Shown: positions 11,371 through 24,700, counted from the stretch's first letter. The stretch: 63,311 nucleotides of DNA from Chiloscyllium plagiosum (GCF_004010195.1 NC_057718.1:35478161-35541471), one strand, 5' to 3'. Notes: generated from the sequence alone by a model not told the origin. A program made the numbers and translations.

Positions 11371-12789
11371 TCTGGACTCAGAACTGCAGGCTGTTACTGT
11401 TCAAGCATTACATCCACTGAACTGAATCCAAACATACCAAAGCAAATATAAGTTAAGGAAGGTGTATACTAGTCAGCTGATCCAATATCGCCCATTTTAA
11501 ACCATTGTCAAAACAACATTAGTCATAGAAAGCAGAGAAAGACGTGTACATGGAATTCAGAATTTATGCTGTCCATAAAGCAGTAAGCTCCCATTCCCCA
11601 AAGTTCATAATACAACAACTTACATTTATTATACGATATCCCACAGTACTATTTCTGTACCACATTGTGATGGTGTAAAGTGTTGTCAGCTTATTTTCAT
11701 AGCAATGACATCAGCAAAGAGAATCTCTGCTTGTTTGCTTGTCACACCTGAGTCCTTTTGAATCCTGTGTGCATAAGCAGTAATTGCAGTTTAAATACCC
11801 CAGTAAGAAATGCTTTTAGCACCATTTGATGCCTTTGCTAGTTTGAGTGTAATTTTCACAGGATTGGTCCATGTTGTGTGCTGTAGAGACTCCAGTTCTA
11901 CTCAGTATCTGATTTGCTGTCAATGCTCAAAGATGTCTTCCACTTTTATTATAGCAGCAATTCTAGACCAGACTGGCCTGTGCCTTTCAAACAGTTACAT
12001 GACATCATAATGTGACATTTCAGTACAAAGGTACATACCTCACCTATGGTTACACTCTCTAGGTAACAGAGTCAGTGTAGTCAGTTCTTTATATGCATAC
12101 ATAAAGTACAGACTCTGTCTGTAAATCTTTGATGCCATAACCTAGTAAATAATTAGTTTTGGAAATAAACTTTCCATTAAATCACAAACAACCCAACTAT
12201 CTGTGATACATGATGTTGGCAAACAGATAGAATCACAAAATGGCAGTACATAGATAGTAAAATTAGTGGCAGTTAGTAGACACTAAAAGCTGAAAAGGTC
12301 ACAGTTATGAAAGGTCCTTTTACCTAACAGTTAACCTCCAATCTGTCTAAGTTCATGGCTGAAGTTACAACTGCAACCACAACTGAGTCATTACAACAAG
12401 ATCAAAAGGCTACAAAACTGTATTAAAGCATAGTGAGTACACCTCTCTCATTAACTTTGTGAAAAAAATACATGAAAGACTGCCCTTGACTCAATTTTGA
12501 AAAGGCACATTTAAATGACATTGAAATGGAATGCTCCAAACTATAACTAGAAGAAAATGCTTTTCTAAAAACACAAAAGGAAAGTGGATTTCTACATTAA
12601 TTAAGCTTACTTGTGTCCAGAGTTGGTTGATTTTAACATTTTCTTTTTCCAAATCACTGAAAAAATTAAAAAGATCCCTATGATCTCAAAATGCAGAAAC
12701 TGTTGTTAGAAGCCTACAATTCTTAAATGAAGAGCAACATGCAATTTAAAAATGCATAAAATTACAAGACAAAGGTGTAAAACAAATAT

Positions 12790-13062
12790 CTAACCATGGA
12801 TTGGCACACAATTGGCACATGTGTCAAATACACCAACCTTAACAATTCAGAGAACCTCTCCTTCCACACAGGATTCCTGCTGAGATGTGGAGTGAGATTG
12901 CTGTTGATGCTTTCCATGTCCAAGGATACAATCACATTCTGGTGTCAAACTACTTCACAAGGTTCCTTTTTGAGCAATAAATCAAAACCCACTGGTGCAG
13001 CAGTTTTATATATATTGACCACCATATTCTTATGTTCAGTGTCCCTCAGCAAATCATATCTG
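12790..13062 (+). mobile_element. Fossil Ty3/Gypsy-type integrase fragment
   Basis: Manual translation: QFREPLLPHRIPAEMWSEIAVDAFHVQGYNHILVSNYFTRF...*...MFSVPQQIIS, the typical EPL.PH.IP..PW..IA.D / DYFS.F / FG.P..I.SD pattern; interrupted by a CR1 tail at ~13062. Confidence 0.6.
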
Positions 13063-13250
13063 CCAGAGGAAGTGGTAGAGGCAGGTACAATTATAACACT
13101 TACAAGACATTTGGACAGGTACATGTATAGGAAACACTTAGATAGATATCGGTGAAACACAGGCAAATGGGACTTGTTCAGTTTAGGAAAATTGATCGGC
13201 ATGGACAAGTTGGGGCATAGGACCTGATTCCGTGCTGTATAACTCTATGC
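13060..13250 (+). mobile_element. CR1 LINE 3' end
   Basis: LPEEVVEAGTIITLTRHLDRYM terminal ORF2 peptide and GCTGTATAACTCTATG tail. Confidence 0.75.
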
Positions 13251-13367
13251 ATCTAACAGTCTGCAATACACGAGTGCACTTCAGAAACATATGCAGTAAA
13301 TGGGGTGTTCCACATACCTCTTCTCATTTCTCTCAGTAGTCTCAGGGTGGTCGTGCAGAATGTACTA

Positions 13368-13578
13368 AGAGAAAGTGAGGACTGCAGATGCTGGAGATCA
13401 GAGTCAAGAGTATGCTGCTAGAAAAGTACAACCAGTCAGACAGCATCCAAGGAGCAGGAGAATCGACATTTCAAGCATTAGCTCTTCATCAGGAATGCCT
13501 GATGAAAAGCTTATGGTCGAAATATCAATTCTCCTGCTCCTCGGATGCTGTCTGACCGGCTGTGCTTTTCCAGTACTC
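13368..13578. mobile_element. Palindromic Penelope-derived element (family A), decayed
   Basis: Inverted arms centred on CTTCATCAGGAATG/CCTGATGAAAAG. Confidence 0.65.
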
Positions 13579-13751
13579 TAGATGTAAAACCCATGATAAT
13601 TAAATTTAAAGCCAGATTTTCAAATAGCTGTGTTACATTTATGTGCTACTCCTTTACACAGTGGTTTATCCTAACCTGCAGCTCTCATGTTTGGAAGACA
13701 GATCCACATAATTCTTCTCTTCCAAACTCTTACAGCCCAATCATACGTGTA

Positions 13752-14990
13752 TAAGACCATAAGATATAGGAGTGGAAGTAAGGCCATTCAGCCCATTGAG
13801 TCCACTCCGCCATTCAATCATGGCTGATGGACATTTCAACCACTTACCCGTACTCTCCCCATAGCCCTTAATTGCCAGAGTTGGTTGATTTTAACGTTTT
13901 CTTTTTCCTGGCATGATCAAGAATTTAGGTGAAAACAAGGACTGCAGATGCTGGAAACCAGATTCTAGATTAGAGTGGTGCTGGAAAAGCACAGCAGGTC
14001 AGGCAGCATCCAAGGATCTCTGTGCTTTCTCCCCACCCCCACCCTCCTCTCATTTATCTCTCCACCCTGCAGGCACTCTGCCTCTATTCCTGATGAAGAA
14101 CTTTTGCCCGAAATGTTGATTTTCCTGCTCCTTGGATGCTGCCTGAACTGCTGTGCTTTTCCAGCACCCATAATCAAGAATTTATCAATCTGTGCCTTGA
14201 TGACATTTAACGTCCCAGTCTCCACTATGCTCAGTGGCAATGAATTCCACAGGTCCATCACCCTCTGGCTGAAGAAATGTCTCCTCATTTCCATTTTAAA
14301 TTGATCTCCTCTAATTCTAAGGCTATGCCCACGGGTCCTAGTATTCCCACTTGACAGAAACAATTTCCCAGCGTCCACCCTTTCTAAGCCATGCATTATC
14401 TTGCAAGTTTCTATTGGATCTCCCCTCAACCTTCTAAACTCTAATGAATACAATCCCAGGACCCTCAGCCATTCATCATTTGTTAGGCCTACCGTTCAGG
14501 TATCATCCGTGTGAATCTCGGCTGGACACGCTCCAGTGCCAGTATGTCCTTCCTGAGGTGTGGGACCCAAAATTGAATACAGTATTCTAAATGGGTCTGA
14601 ACCAGAGCTTTATAAAGTCTCCGTAGCACATCGCTGCTTTTACATTCCAACCCTCTTGAGATAAATGACAACATTACATTTGCTTTCTTAACCACAGACT
14701 CAACCTGCAAGTCAACCTTTAGAGAATCCTGGACTAGCACTCCCACATCCCTTTGTACTTTGTCTTTATCAATTTTCTCACCATTTAGAAAATAGTCCGT
14801 CCCTGTATTCTTTTGTTCGAAGTGCAAGACCTCACATTTGCTCACATTGAATTTCATCAGCCATTTCCTGGACCACTCTCCTAAACTGCCTAAATCTTTC
14901 TGCAGCCTCCCCACGTCCTCAGAACTACCTGCCTGTCCGCCTAACCTTGTATCATTGGCGAACTTCGCCAGAATGCCCCCAGTCCCTTCA
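13752..14990 (-). mobile_element. CR1 LINE, 5'-truncated ORF2 C-terminal part
   Basis: KFANDTRLGG, LEYCIQFW.P, YSLEFRRLRGD, RRHFFSQRVMDLWNSLP peptides; ATAAGACC tail repeat. Confidence 0.85.
13928..14168. mobile_element. Family A Penelope-derived element nested in CR1
   Basis: Inverted arms; 16-bp direct repeat CAT(G/A)ATCAAGAATTTA at 13912-13927 and 14169-14184. Confidence 0.7.
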
Positions 14991-15431
14991 TATGTTTGAC
15001 ACATTGTTGGAAACAAAGCAGAAAATAGTACATCATCATGATCAGTGAGCATGCAGACACTCATCATAACTTGAACCAGATCAAAGGGCACAAATTAGAT
15101 CTTTCCTTATAAATCTCGCGGTTCAGGGAAAGATACTATGCTGTATGTCCAGCTTAGATCATATGATGTTGTAATGATCAATTGTCAAATCTTGGAAAGA
15201 AGTAAACAATCTATCCAAATTCTGGATCATTAATTACATAGGATGATTACTTGGATACTGAAAGTATCGTGCCAGCCAAAACCCACAATCTATGACAAAC
15301 GATACACTGTGATAACAGATAACACACGACACAATGAAATTATACCATCAAGTTTGTATAAAGAACAGATCTGGTCCTGTTGCACACCCATGTAGGTGTG
15401 GACCTTGTCTGAATATATAGAGACAATTAAA

Positions 15432-17225
15432 TATAGAACATAGAACATAGAACAGTACAGCACAGAACAGGCACTTCAGCTCACGATGTTGTGCTGACCA
15501 TTGATCCTCATGTAAGGTAATCCTAATGTACGAACCTTCAAATTTCTGTGACCATATGCATGTCTAGCAGTCTCTTAAATATCCCCAATGACCTCACTTG
15601 CACAACTGCTGCTGGCAACGCATTCCATGCTCTCACAACTCTCTGCATAAAGAACCCGCCTCTGACACCCCCTCAATACTTTCCGCCAAACAGCTTATAA
15701 CCTTGACCCCTCGTGTTAACAATTTCTGCCCTAGGAAAATGTCTCTGGCTATCAACTCTATCTATGCCTCTCATTATCTTGTACACTTCAATTAGGTCCC
15801 CTCTCTTCCTTCTTTTTTCCAATGAAAAAAGTCCGAGGTCAGTCAACATCTCTTCGTAAGATAAACCCTCCATTCCAAGCAGCATCCTGGTAAACCTCCT
15901 CTGAACCCTCTCCAAAGCATCCACATCTTTCCTATAATACAGCATTCCAAGTGCAGTCTAACCAAAGTTTTATAGAGCTGCAACAAGATCTCACGGCTCT
16001 TAAACTCAATCCCCCTGTTAATGAAAGCCAAAACACCATATGCTTTCTTAACAACCCTGTCCACTTGGGTGGCAATTTTAAGGATCTATGTACCTACACA
16101 CCAAGTTCCTCCACACCGCCAAGAATCCTGTCTTTAATCCTGTACTCAACTTCCAAGTTCGACCTTCCAAAATGCATCACTNNNNNNNNNNNTAACCCTG
16201 TCCACTTGGGTGGCAATTTTAAGGATCTATGTACCTACACACCAAGATCCCGCTGTTCCTCCACACCGCCAAGAATCCTGTCTTTAATCCTGTACTCAAC
16301 TTTCAAGTTCGACCTTCCAAAATGCATCGCTTCGCATTTATCCAGGTTGAACTCCATCTGCCACCTCTCAGCCCATCTCTGCATCCTGTCAATGTCATGC
16401 TGCAGCCTACAACAGTCCTCTATACTGTCAACGACACCTCCAACCTTTGTGTCATCAGCAAACTTGCTAACCCATCCTTTAATTCTCCTCATCCAAGTCA
16501 TTAATAAAAATTACAAAGAGTAGAGGCCCAAGAACAGAGCCCTGTGGAACACCACTCACCACAGACTTCCAGGCAGAACACTTTCCTTCCACTACCACTC
16601 GCTGTCTTCTGTCTTTCTCGTAACATCCTCAAAGAACTCAATAAGATTTGTGAGGCATGACCTGCCCCTCACAAAGCTGTGCTGACTGCATTTAATCAAG
16701 CCATGCTCTTCCAGATGGTCATAAATCCTATCCCTCAGAATCCTTTCTAACACCTTGCAGGCGACAGATGTGAGACTGACTGGTCTGTAATTGCCGGGGA
16801 TTTCCCTATTTCCTTTCTTGATGGGAGGAATTACATTTGCCTCCCTCCAGTCCTCAGGTATGACTCCTGATGGAGTCCCGGTGGAGAGCGAGGATGCAAA
16901 GATCTTCGCAAGCGGTGAAGCAATCACATTTCTCGCTTCCCAAAGCAGCCGAGGACAAATCTGGTCTGGCCCTGGCGAATTGTCAACGTTAACGTTTGTC
17001 AAAATTTTTAGCACATCAGCTTCTTCAATCTCTATCCGTTCCAGCATGCTTACCTGTTCCTCAATGGTTTCATTCACTACAAGGTCCTTTTCTCTAATAA
17101 AATCAGAAGCCAAAAACTCATTTAGGGTTTCCCCTACCTCCTCAGACTCTATACACAAGTTCCCTCTGCTATCCCTGATCGGCCCTACTCTTTCTTTGAT
17201 CATTCTCTTATTCCTCACATATGTG
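15432..17225 (-). mobile_element. CR1 LINE (ORF2 RT, decayed, internal deletion)
   Basis: [51 protein letters not shown]; (ATAGAAC)n tail at ~15433-15452. Confidence 0.9.
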
Positions 17226-17954
17226 TAATGTGGATGCTTATGTGTGTTGACAGCAAAGGATTCACATTCTTTAAAGAGAAAGGGGAAACAAATGTTGAAT
17301 TGTGGCACTCAGTCCAAACCAGACAGGCTGTCTCAGTACAATATTATGTGACACTGTGATATAAAGATACCTGTCTCACCTACGTCACACACACTGTTTA
17401 ATGGAATCAATGAAGTCAGTCAGCTATATATGTAATGTACAGTAATATCAATGAGCATAGAACCAGGGTTATTGTGTAAGTCTGTGATATTATAGCACGG
17501 TAAAGAGTTGTGTTGCAAACAAACTTAAGATATCTGACTCAAGAACCTAATATATGTTACGCTGTTTAATATATAGTAAACCACATAACAACATCATTTA
17601 CCAAACATGCAAAATACATTCTGTCCAAAAGCATGCCTATGCCTTGAAGCAAATTGACATTGCGATGCAGTTAAACATGTTGCACTTGTCCAATTCTACC
17701 GCCCCCATGAATCAGGCTTTTGAAATAAAGACAAAGATTTCTGAAGAAACTCAGCAGGTCTGGCAGCAGATGTGGGAAGAAAGCAGAGTTAATATTTCAA
17801 GTCTGATGATTCTGGATTCTGATGACGAGTCACTGGAACATTAACTCTTCTTTCTTCTCAGAAATGCTGCCAGATCTGCTGAGTTTCTCCATCAATGTTT
17901 ATTTTTGTTTCAGATCTCTAGCAATAATACAGAAGAAGAATACACTGTCTAGTT

Positions 17955-18440
17955 TAGATGTATTTTATTTTGTTCAAAAAGCATACAATGTGTAGGCAGT
18001 CAATCCATGGGACATTTTATAAATTCCTACTTTGGAACTAGAAATGGTCTGACTCAAGGTTGGAATACAGACTCTAACCTCACACTTTTAATACACTGCC
18101 TGAGCTGAGATGTCACCTTTTTTTTAATAAAAACTTAAGTTATCTCAGGAATGTGACTTGAAAGAAGTTCTGGGATTTACATATTAATGAATCAAAACTT
18201 GCAATCATTCTAAGTGATTAAAGACTTAACAGCATACTAGGTTTGTTCGATACATCGCATCAGTTGAATGACACTTGGAGCTTTCATAATAAATTCTGTG
18301 TCCTATGATCCTGTCCCACTAGCTGAAGGAGCAGTGCTCGAAAGCTTGTACTTCCAAATAAACCTGCCGGACTATAACCTGGTGTTGTGTGATTTTTAAC
18401 TTTGTCCACTCCAGTCAAACAACAGTACCTCCATTTCAAC
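17955..18440 (+). mobile_element. Penelope-like terminal repeat (family B, long form)
   Basis: Similar along its length to 48075-48526, ending GGACTATAACCTGGTGTTGTGTGATTTTTAACTTTG; hammerhead core partly deleted. Confidence 0.7.
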
Positions 18441-18519
18441 ACTATCTAGTGTTACTACTAGTCTATAACTATGTTAAGTTATGAGTAACAAAGTGGAGAA
18501 ATACTCTCTTTGTGGTTTG

Positions 18520-19210
18520 GAGGCAGGATGCATGTGGACAGGTATGGATAGATTGAATGAGAGGACAAAAATCTAACAGATGGTGTATCATGTGTGAAAA
18601 TGTCTCTTTGGTAGGAAGAGTAAAAGGCAGAGTATAAATTAAACAGAAAAGAACAGTAGGATTCTGAAATGCAAAGAGATCATGGTGTTCCAGAGCAGGA
18701 TCACAAAAAGTTAGTATCCAGGAACAACACAATCAAGAAGGCTAATGGAATGCTATCTTGCATTGCAAGAAGAATTGAATTTAAAACTAAGGATTTTCAG
18801 TTTTAGGTATACAAGGCTTTGGAGCACATCTCAAATAATACGTATACATTGGTCTCCTTATTTAACGAAAGACATCAATGCATCAAAGGATGTTTCCTCT
18901 GGTGGGTGAGTCCAGAAATATGGTGCACTGTTTTAAAATTAGGTGTGGCCCTTTTAGAACGGAGACGAGGAGACTTTTTTCTTTCAGTGGAGTGTTTGGT
19001 TTTGATATTCTCTGCTCAGATAATGGTGGGGCAGGGTCATTCAATGTTTTAAAGACAAAGGTGCATAGATTCTTGTAAGGCAAGGGAATTAAAGGTCATC
19101 GAGATTAGATGGAAATGTGGAATTTGAAACACAGAAAGATCAGTGATGACCTTACTGAATAGCGGAGTAGACTCAAGTGGTCAATAGCCTATTATTGCCC
19201 CTGTTTTGTA
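18520..19210 (+). mobile_element. Decayed CR1 LINE 3' portion
   Basis: AATCAAGAAGGCTAATGGAATGCT, TGGTCTCCTTATTTAA and CR1-like tail. Confidence 0.55.
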
Positions 19211-19399
19211 TGTTTACGTACAGGTATGTTCATATTTAATCAAACAGAAGGATATCAGCTTGGAATCCTGCTACCTTGCCACTTTCACCCAATTAAGTCC
19301 GACATGAGAAGGCTTGTGGACAGACTTTTCACCTGGACACTAATTGAAGCCCTGTAAGGCCAATTAATGTCCAAGTTATTAATCTTTTCTTTAGTGTTC

Positions 19400-20195
19400 T
19401 TTCACAGGATGCAGGCGTCACTGGCTAGGCCATCATTTATTGTCCGTCCCTCACTACCCATGAGCTGGTAGTGGTAAGCCACCTTCTTGAGACTCTGTAG
19501 TCCGTGGAGGTCATTACTAGAAGTGGTATTTAAGGATTTTGGTCCAGTGATAGTCAGGGAATAATGATATATTTCCATGTCAGGGTGGTGAGTGTCTTGG
19601 AGGTGAACTTGGGGTGATTGCAATCCCATGGATCTGCTACCCACTAGATGGCAGCAGTGTAAGTTTGGAAGGAGGTGGTGAGATGCTGCAGAACATCCAG
19701 ATGGTACACACTGCTACTATTGAATGTCAGTGGTAGAGGAAGTAACTGGTGAAGGTGGTAGATCATGTCCCAATGAGGAGAGCTGCTTTGGCCTGGAATG
19801 GCTGCTCCAGTTCAGTTTCTGGTTAAAGATAATCCCCAGGAAATAGGTAATTCAGTGATGACAATGCCATTGAATGTCAGGATCATAACGTTGGATTCTC
19901 TGTTGTCCAAAATGGCTATTTCCTGGCACAAATATAACTTGCCACCTATTAGCTCAAGCCTGAATATTGCCCAGGTGTAAATAGACACCAACTGCTTCAG
20001 TATCTCAGTGAATAGTGGTCAACTTTGAGTAATCATCAATGAGCATCCCCAATTTTGATCTTTGGTAGAGGGAAGATCATTGATGAAGCAGATGAAAATA
20101 GTTGGAGCTAAATATTCCCCTACAGAATTCCAGCAGTGATGTCCTAGGATGTGATGGTTGACTTTCAACAACCGCAACAATCTTTCTTTGTGCTA
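19400..20195 (-). mobile_element. Decayed CR1/L2-clade LINE 3' portion
   Basis: Reverse complement of the family at 9600-10520 (GGCGTCACTGGCTAGGCCATCATTTATTG). Confidence 0.55.
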
Positions 20196-22498
20196 GATTA
20201 TTGGCAGAGGTGGAGATAAACAAGAAACTTGGTTCAGTGGTCTTAGATTTCCATTTCCAATGTTAAGATGCTCCTACTTCAGCCAGCAAGATGCACAGTG
20301 TTTTTGTTGTTTCTTTTTCTGAACCTTCCATTGGTTTAGAAGAAGTGCAAGATGACTGATTCACTTGGAAAATGTCTCTAATTTATCAGCTCAAAAGTCA
20401 CAGTTCACAGAAACTGCTGTGGGAGAGGTAACTGGTTTTCTTCAGGTTTAAATGAATGGATTTTACTGCAGAGAACAGGTAGCTTCTGATGGGGCGAACA
20501 ACAACATACCCTTGTGTGTCTTATTCTCTACATGTGCCTGTGTCTCTATAACCTGTTCCCAGCTCCAAACTGTTCAGTCAGTTTAGAACCAATCACTTGT
20601 AAAACATCTTGACTGTCTGCTCACTGCAGAAACACCAAGCTACAAAGGCATAGTTTGCAACAGGTATCAAATTCTTTGATATTAAGTGTGCAGCCATCCT
20701 GGAAAATCCCTATTTTTAGAACAGGTCTTTCTCATTGTAGTCATTAGTTTTTAATACATAAAATCCTGATACAGTCTTTACACATTTTTTCTCTTTCCAC
20801 AGATGCTGTCAAATCTGCTGATTTTCTCCAGTACTTCCTCTTTTATTTCAATACTTGGCTCTTTATTAGAAAGGAGGGACTCACTGAGTCCCATCCCCCA
20901 GTATTTCTTCTGACTATCTCGCACCTCATCCTAAGAATTGCTATCGGTGATGTTGATGGACAACAGGAAACTGCCAGCAACCAATTAACTGGTAGCTCGC
21001 TGGGGCAAATCTCTGCCTATGAGGTGCTATATCTAGGGGTAGCACATCACTGCCTAATTAAGTAGCTTATAGGCATTTACTTACAGCAGACTTAGCACAA
21101 GTGAAGGTGATGCAGAGCTCCCACAGATTTTCCAGCCAGTAAGTGAGATCCAAGCTGCCAACATTGAATTCCGCACATAGAAGCAATACTTTATCAAGTC
21201 AGCCACCAAGGGATTTACACAAGAGCAGAAAACATCTAAATGGAATGGAGGTAATTTTAATAAAATTAAGAACTGCCGATGCTGAAACAAAAACAGGAAT
21301 TCCTGGAGAAACTCAGCAGATGTGATGCTATCTGTGGAGAGAAAGCAGAGTTAATGTTTTGAGTCCAGCAGCACTTCTTCAGAACTGAGGTAATTTTAAC
21401 ATTGTCTAATACCATAATGCGAGCAGTCTGGGATCAGCTGTCCATTAAATAACATTTCTAATTTTGATTTCATTGGCTTCATTGGAAATAACAATTGGAA
21501 ATGTATATGCATCGTATATATTTTCCATTAACAAATAAAATAGATGCGCCATCGCAACTTGTTAAACAACATCTGTATTACATTCCTGATGGAAATCAGG
21601 AGATATATAGCATGAGTGATTTATCCAAGATCATTCATTTTATATTATTGGCCAAAATCAAAATTACTGCAAATCGAATGACGCACATCAAAGCACAATG
21701 AAGTCCAAAACTGGCTTTAGAATGATTATGTATGAATTACACAAGACAGCGATATCAATAACTCTCAATATTTTCTTTAAAAGGTTTTGAGGAGATGTAG
21801 GTTTAAAATGAGAACACCTAAAGAGTTTAAGGGTGCAGCAAAGAGAAACGAAACTAATAGAGAAAATCAATGTGTAACAGATGACAAAGGGAACCAGCCA
21901 AGATCAACCAAACTGAGCAATGTCTGAGCGAAGGGAAGACTGCAAAGTAAACCTAAAAATAAAGATGCAGGTAGAAATAAAATTGAAAGGAAGTCACTAA
22001 ATTATTAAACATTAAAAGAAAAGGGGAGCAACGGGACATACATAATAAGAAAGAGAAAATGCCAAACAAAGGAAAACTGAGATGGTGACTATGGGGTGTG
22101 TTTGCTGTCATATGTTCACAAATGACGAAGACAGTTAAAATATAGGGATGAGGAGATGTAAAAACTCTCTGCTAATCGATTAGCTTAAAGATAGAATAAT
22201 GGGTTGGAATTTTCACAATGGAATTTACTCCCTGTTAACGTTGCAAAAAACAACATCCGCTTATTCTGTAACTAGCCTCCGGGGGAGTTACTTCAACGTT
22301 TCCCAAAGAAACCTAAGAGGATCATTTTAAGCTAACTTGTCAGCCAGACTGACACGATCTGATCAGCCATCCAGTTTTATATGACTTACAGTTTTACTCT
22401 CTGTTCAATCTGTTTGAGTTAAAATCACACAACACCAGGTTATAGTCCAACAGGTTTATTTGGAAGCACCAAATTTCAGAGTGCTGCTCCTTCATCAA

Positions 22499-23133
22499 TA
22501 TTATGGACTAGGCCAGACCACTTAAAACATTCTTGAGCTGGTAACCAGCACCATAACTTTGCAATTTGTTTCAGTAAGTGTCCAGTGAGAATAACCCGGA
22601 GTAAGTTAGCTCGGTTTACTGTTAGGTTTTAAAACAGACAGAGATTTATTCACAAATTACATGATGAAACACAAAGAACAGAATAAAGAGCTCCTACAGA
22701 ACTCAGTCTATCCAAACTAGACTTAATTATGCTGTTCCAAACATACACAACAATCCCAATAAGCAAACTCACTGAAAAAAAGTTAAAAATGGAACAGATG
22801 CTTACAGGTTGAAGTTAAAAGGGCAGAAAGCGAGAGAGAGAGCCTGTTTCCACACAGCTGAGCTCCTAACTAGTTCTGGACTGAACTGCTCAGCTACAGA
22901 GCTGACCATTCCCCTTTCATTATGCAGGTCAATTCTAAAACGTGACCATTTTGGCCTGAAGTCTCATTTGTTTACATATAAACAAAAAGGCCTCTCAAAA
23001 CCCTTTAATCTCTGTACCAAAGCAGTCTATTCAGAACCAGGAATGTTTTATGACCCCTCTGAAAAAAACCAAGGACACAGTATCCTTGAGAAAAGGAACA
23101 GCTTTTAGAAAAAAAGAGACCAGCTTCGTGACA
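22499..23133 (-). repeat. 3' LTR
   Basis: Direct repeat of 27574-28215; on the minus strand it starts TGTCAC immediately after the polypurine tract. Confidence 0.9.
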
Positions 23134-23144
23134 CCTCCCTCCTT
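23134..23144 (-). promoter_or_regulatory. Polypurine tract
   Basis: Minus strand AAGGAGGGAGG abutting the 3' LTR. Confidence 0.8.
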
Positions 23145-23319
23145 AAAAAAAAAGAACCATCAATATCAAAAGATGGCTTCATTTTTAAAACCCTCCAAAA
23201 ACAAACTGGTTAGTAGTCTAAAACACACATATACTCTATACTAACTATAAACATGCAAATATGCACAACTACATGTGAATTCAGGCCATGGGACCCCCGC
23301 CACTAAACACCTCCGTATC

Positions 23320-24700
23320 TCACTCCAGTCTCGATAATGCATCGGCAATCACGTTTTCGTGACCTGCCACGTGCACAATTGTCAAACTGAACGGCTGCAA
23401 CAACAAGTCCCATCTAAACAGTCTGGCATTTTTGTCCTTAACTTTTTCCACAAATGTCGATGGGTTATGATCAGTCTATACGATTGTTTCAGATGCATTG
23501 CTGGTAATATAAACACTGAAATGTTGAAAAGCCAACACCAAGATTAAAGTCTCTTTCTCCACCGTTGAATATTTCTGTTGATGAACGTTCAACTTCCTGG
23601 AAAAATACTCGATGGGTCTTTCTATTCCCTTGTCATCCTCCTGCAGGAGCACTGCACTGACATCCATATCACTGGCATCGATAATTTCCTTGAAAGGCTT
23701 TGTGTAACCTGGTGTGGCTAATACTAGGGCAGTGATTAACACAGTTTTTAGGCTGTCAAATGCCTTTTGACAGTCCACTATCCACTGAAACCTCTTGCTC
23801 TTTTTTAACAGTTCGGTGAATGAAGCAGCCACACTGCTAAAGTTCAGCACAAACTTTCGGTAAAATTCATTCAATCCCAGGAACCGTAGTATTGATTTTT
23901 CCATCAATGGTGTGGGAAATTCCCCAATTCCTTTTGTCTTCATATCCCATGGGGCCTTTTGTCCATGTCCAATAACATGGCACAGGAAGGTGACTTGGGC
24001 TTTGGCAAATTCACTTTTAGCCAGGTATATCACCAAGCCTGCCTTCCGAAGTCAATCGAACAAGTCCGATAAAGGCTGTAAATGTTCCTTCTATAAGTGA
24101 CTAAAAATCACCAGGTCACCAATGTACACCACACAATTGGGTAACCCAGAAATGGCATTATCAGTCAGTCTCTGAAATGTGGCTGGAGCATTTTTCATAC
24201 CAAATGGCATGACTTGAATAGTCCATTTGGCATTACAAAAGCCAAAATTGCCTTTGCTCTATCTGACAGAAATACTTGCCAGTAGCCTCTGAGCAAGTCC
24301 AACTCAGAAATGTAAGTTGCTTGTCCAACTTTTTCGACACAGTCCTCCAACTGTGGAATTGGATATGCATCAGTCTTTGTAACAACATTGACTTTGCAAT
24401 AATCTACACATAACCATTGGGTACCATCTGGCTATGGCACCATGACTATGGGTGAGCTCCAGTCATTGTAACTCACTTCAATTATGCCATCTTGGAGGAT
24501 GGGCTCTAACTCCTTCTAAACCTGCGCCAACTTTAGAGGGTTATGCCTGTAAGGATGTTGATTAATTGGAACAGTATCTCCTATCTCTACATCACGCAGA
24601 ATTAGATTAGCACTTCCCAGTTTATTTCTGCATATCTCTCATGTGATAGTAATAACCCTTTCAGGTCATTTCGATTTTCTTGTGGAAGGTAACTCAATAA
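23320..24700 (-). pseudogene. Gypsy reverse transcriptase and RNase H (disrupted)
   Basis: IxQHPYR, WSSPIVMVP, DAYPIP, GYWQ, VMPFGMKNAPATFQRL, VYIGDL (YIDD mutated), DASD, YFSRKLN..QKYSTVEKE; stops and frameshifts. Confidence 0.85.

Noticed and set aside
16052..16342. Apparent ~130-bp direct duplication within CR1 either side of 11 Ns
   Set aside because: Typical overlapping contig ends at a scaffold gap; most likely an assembly artefact.
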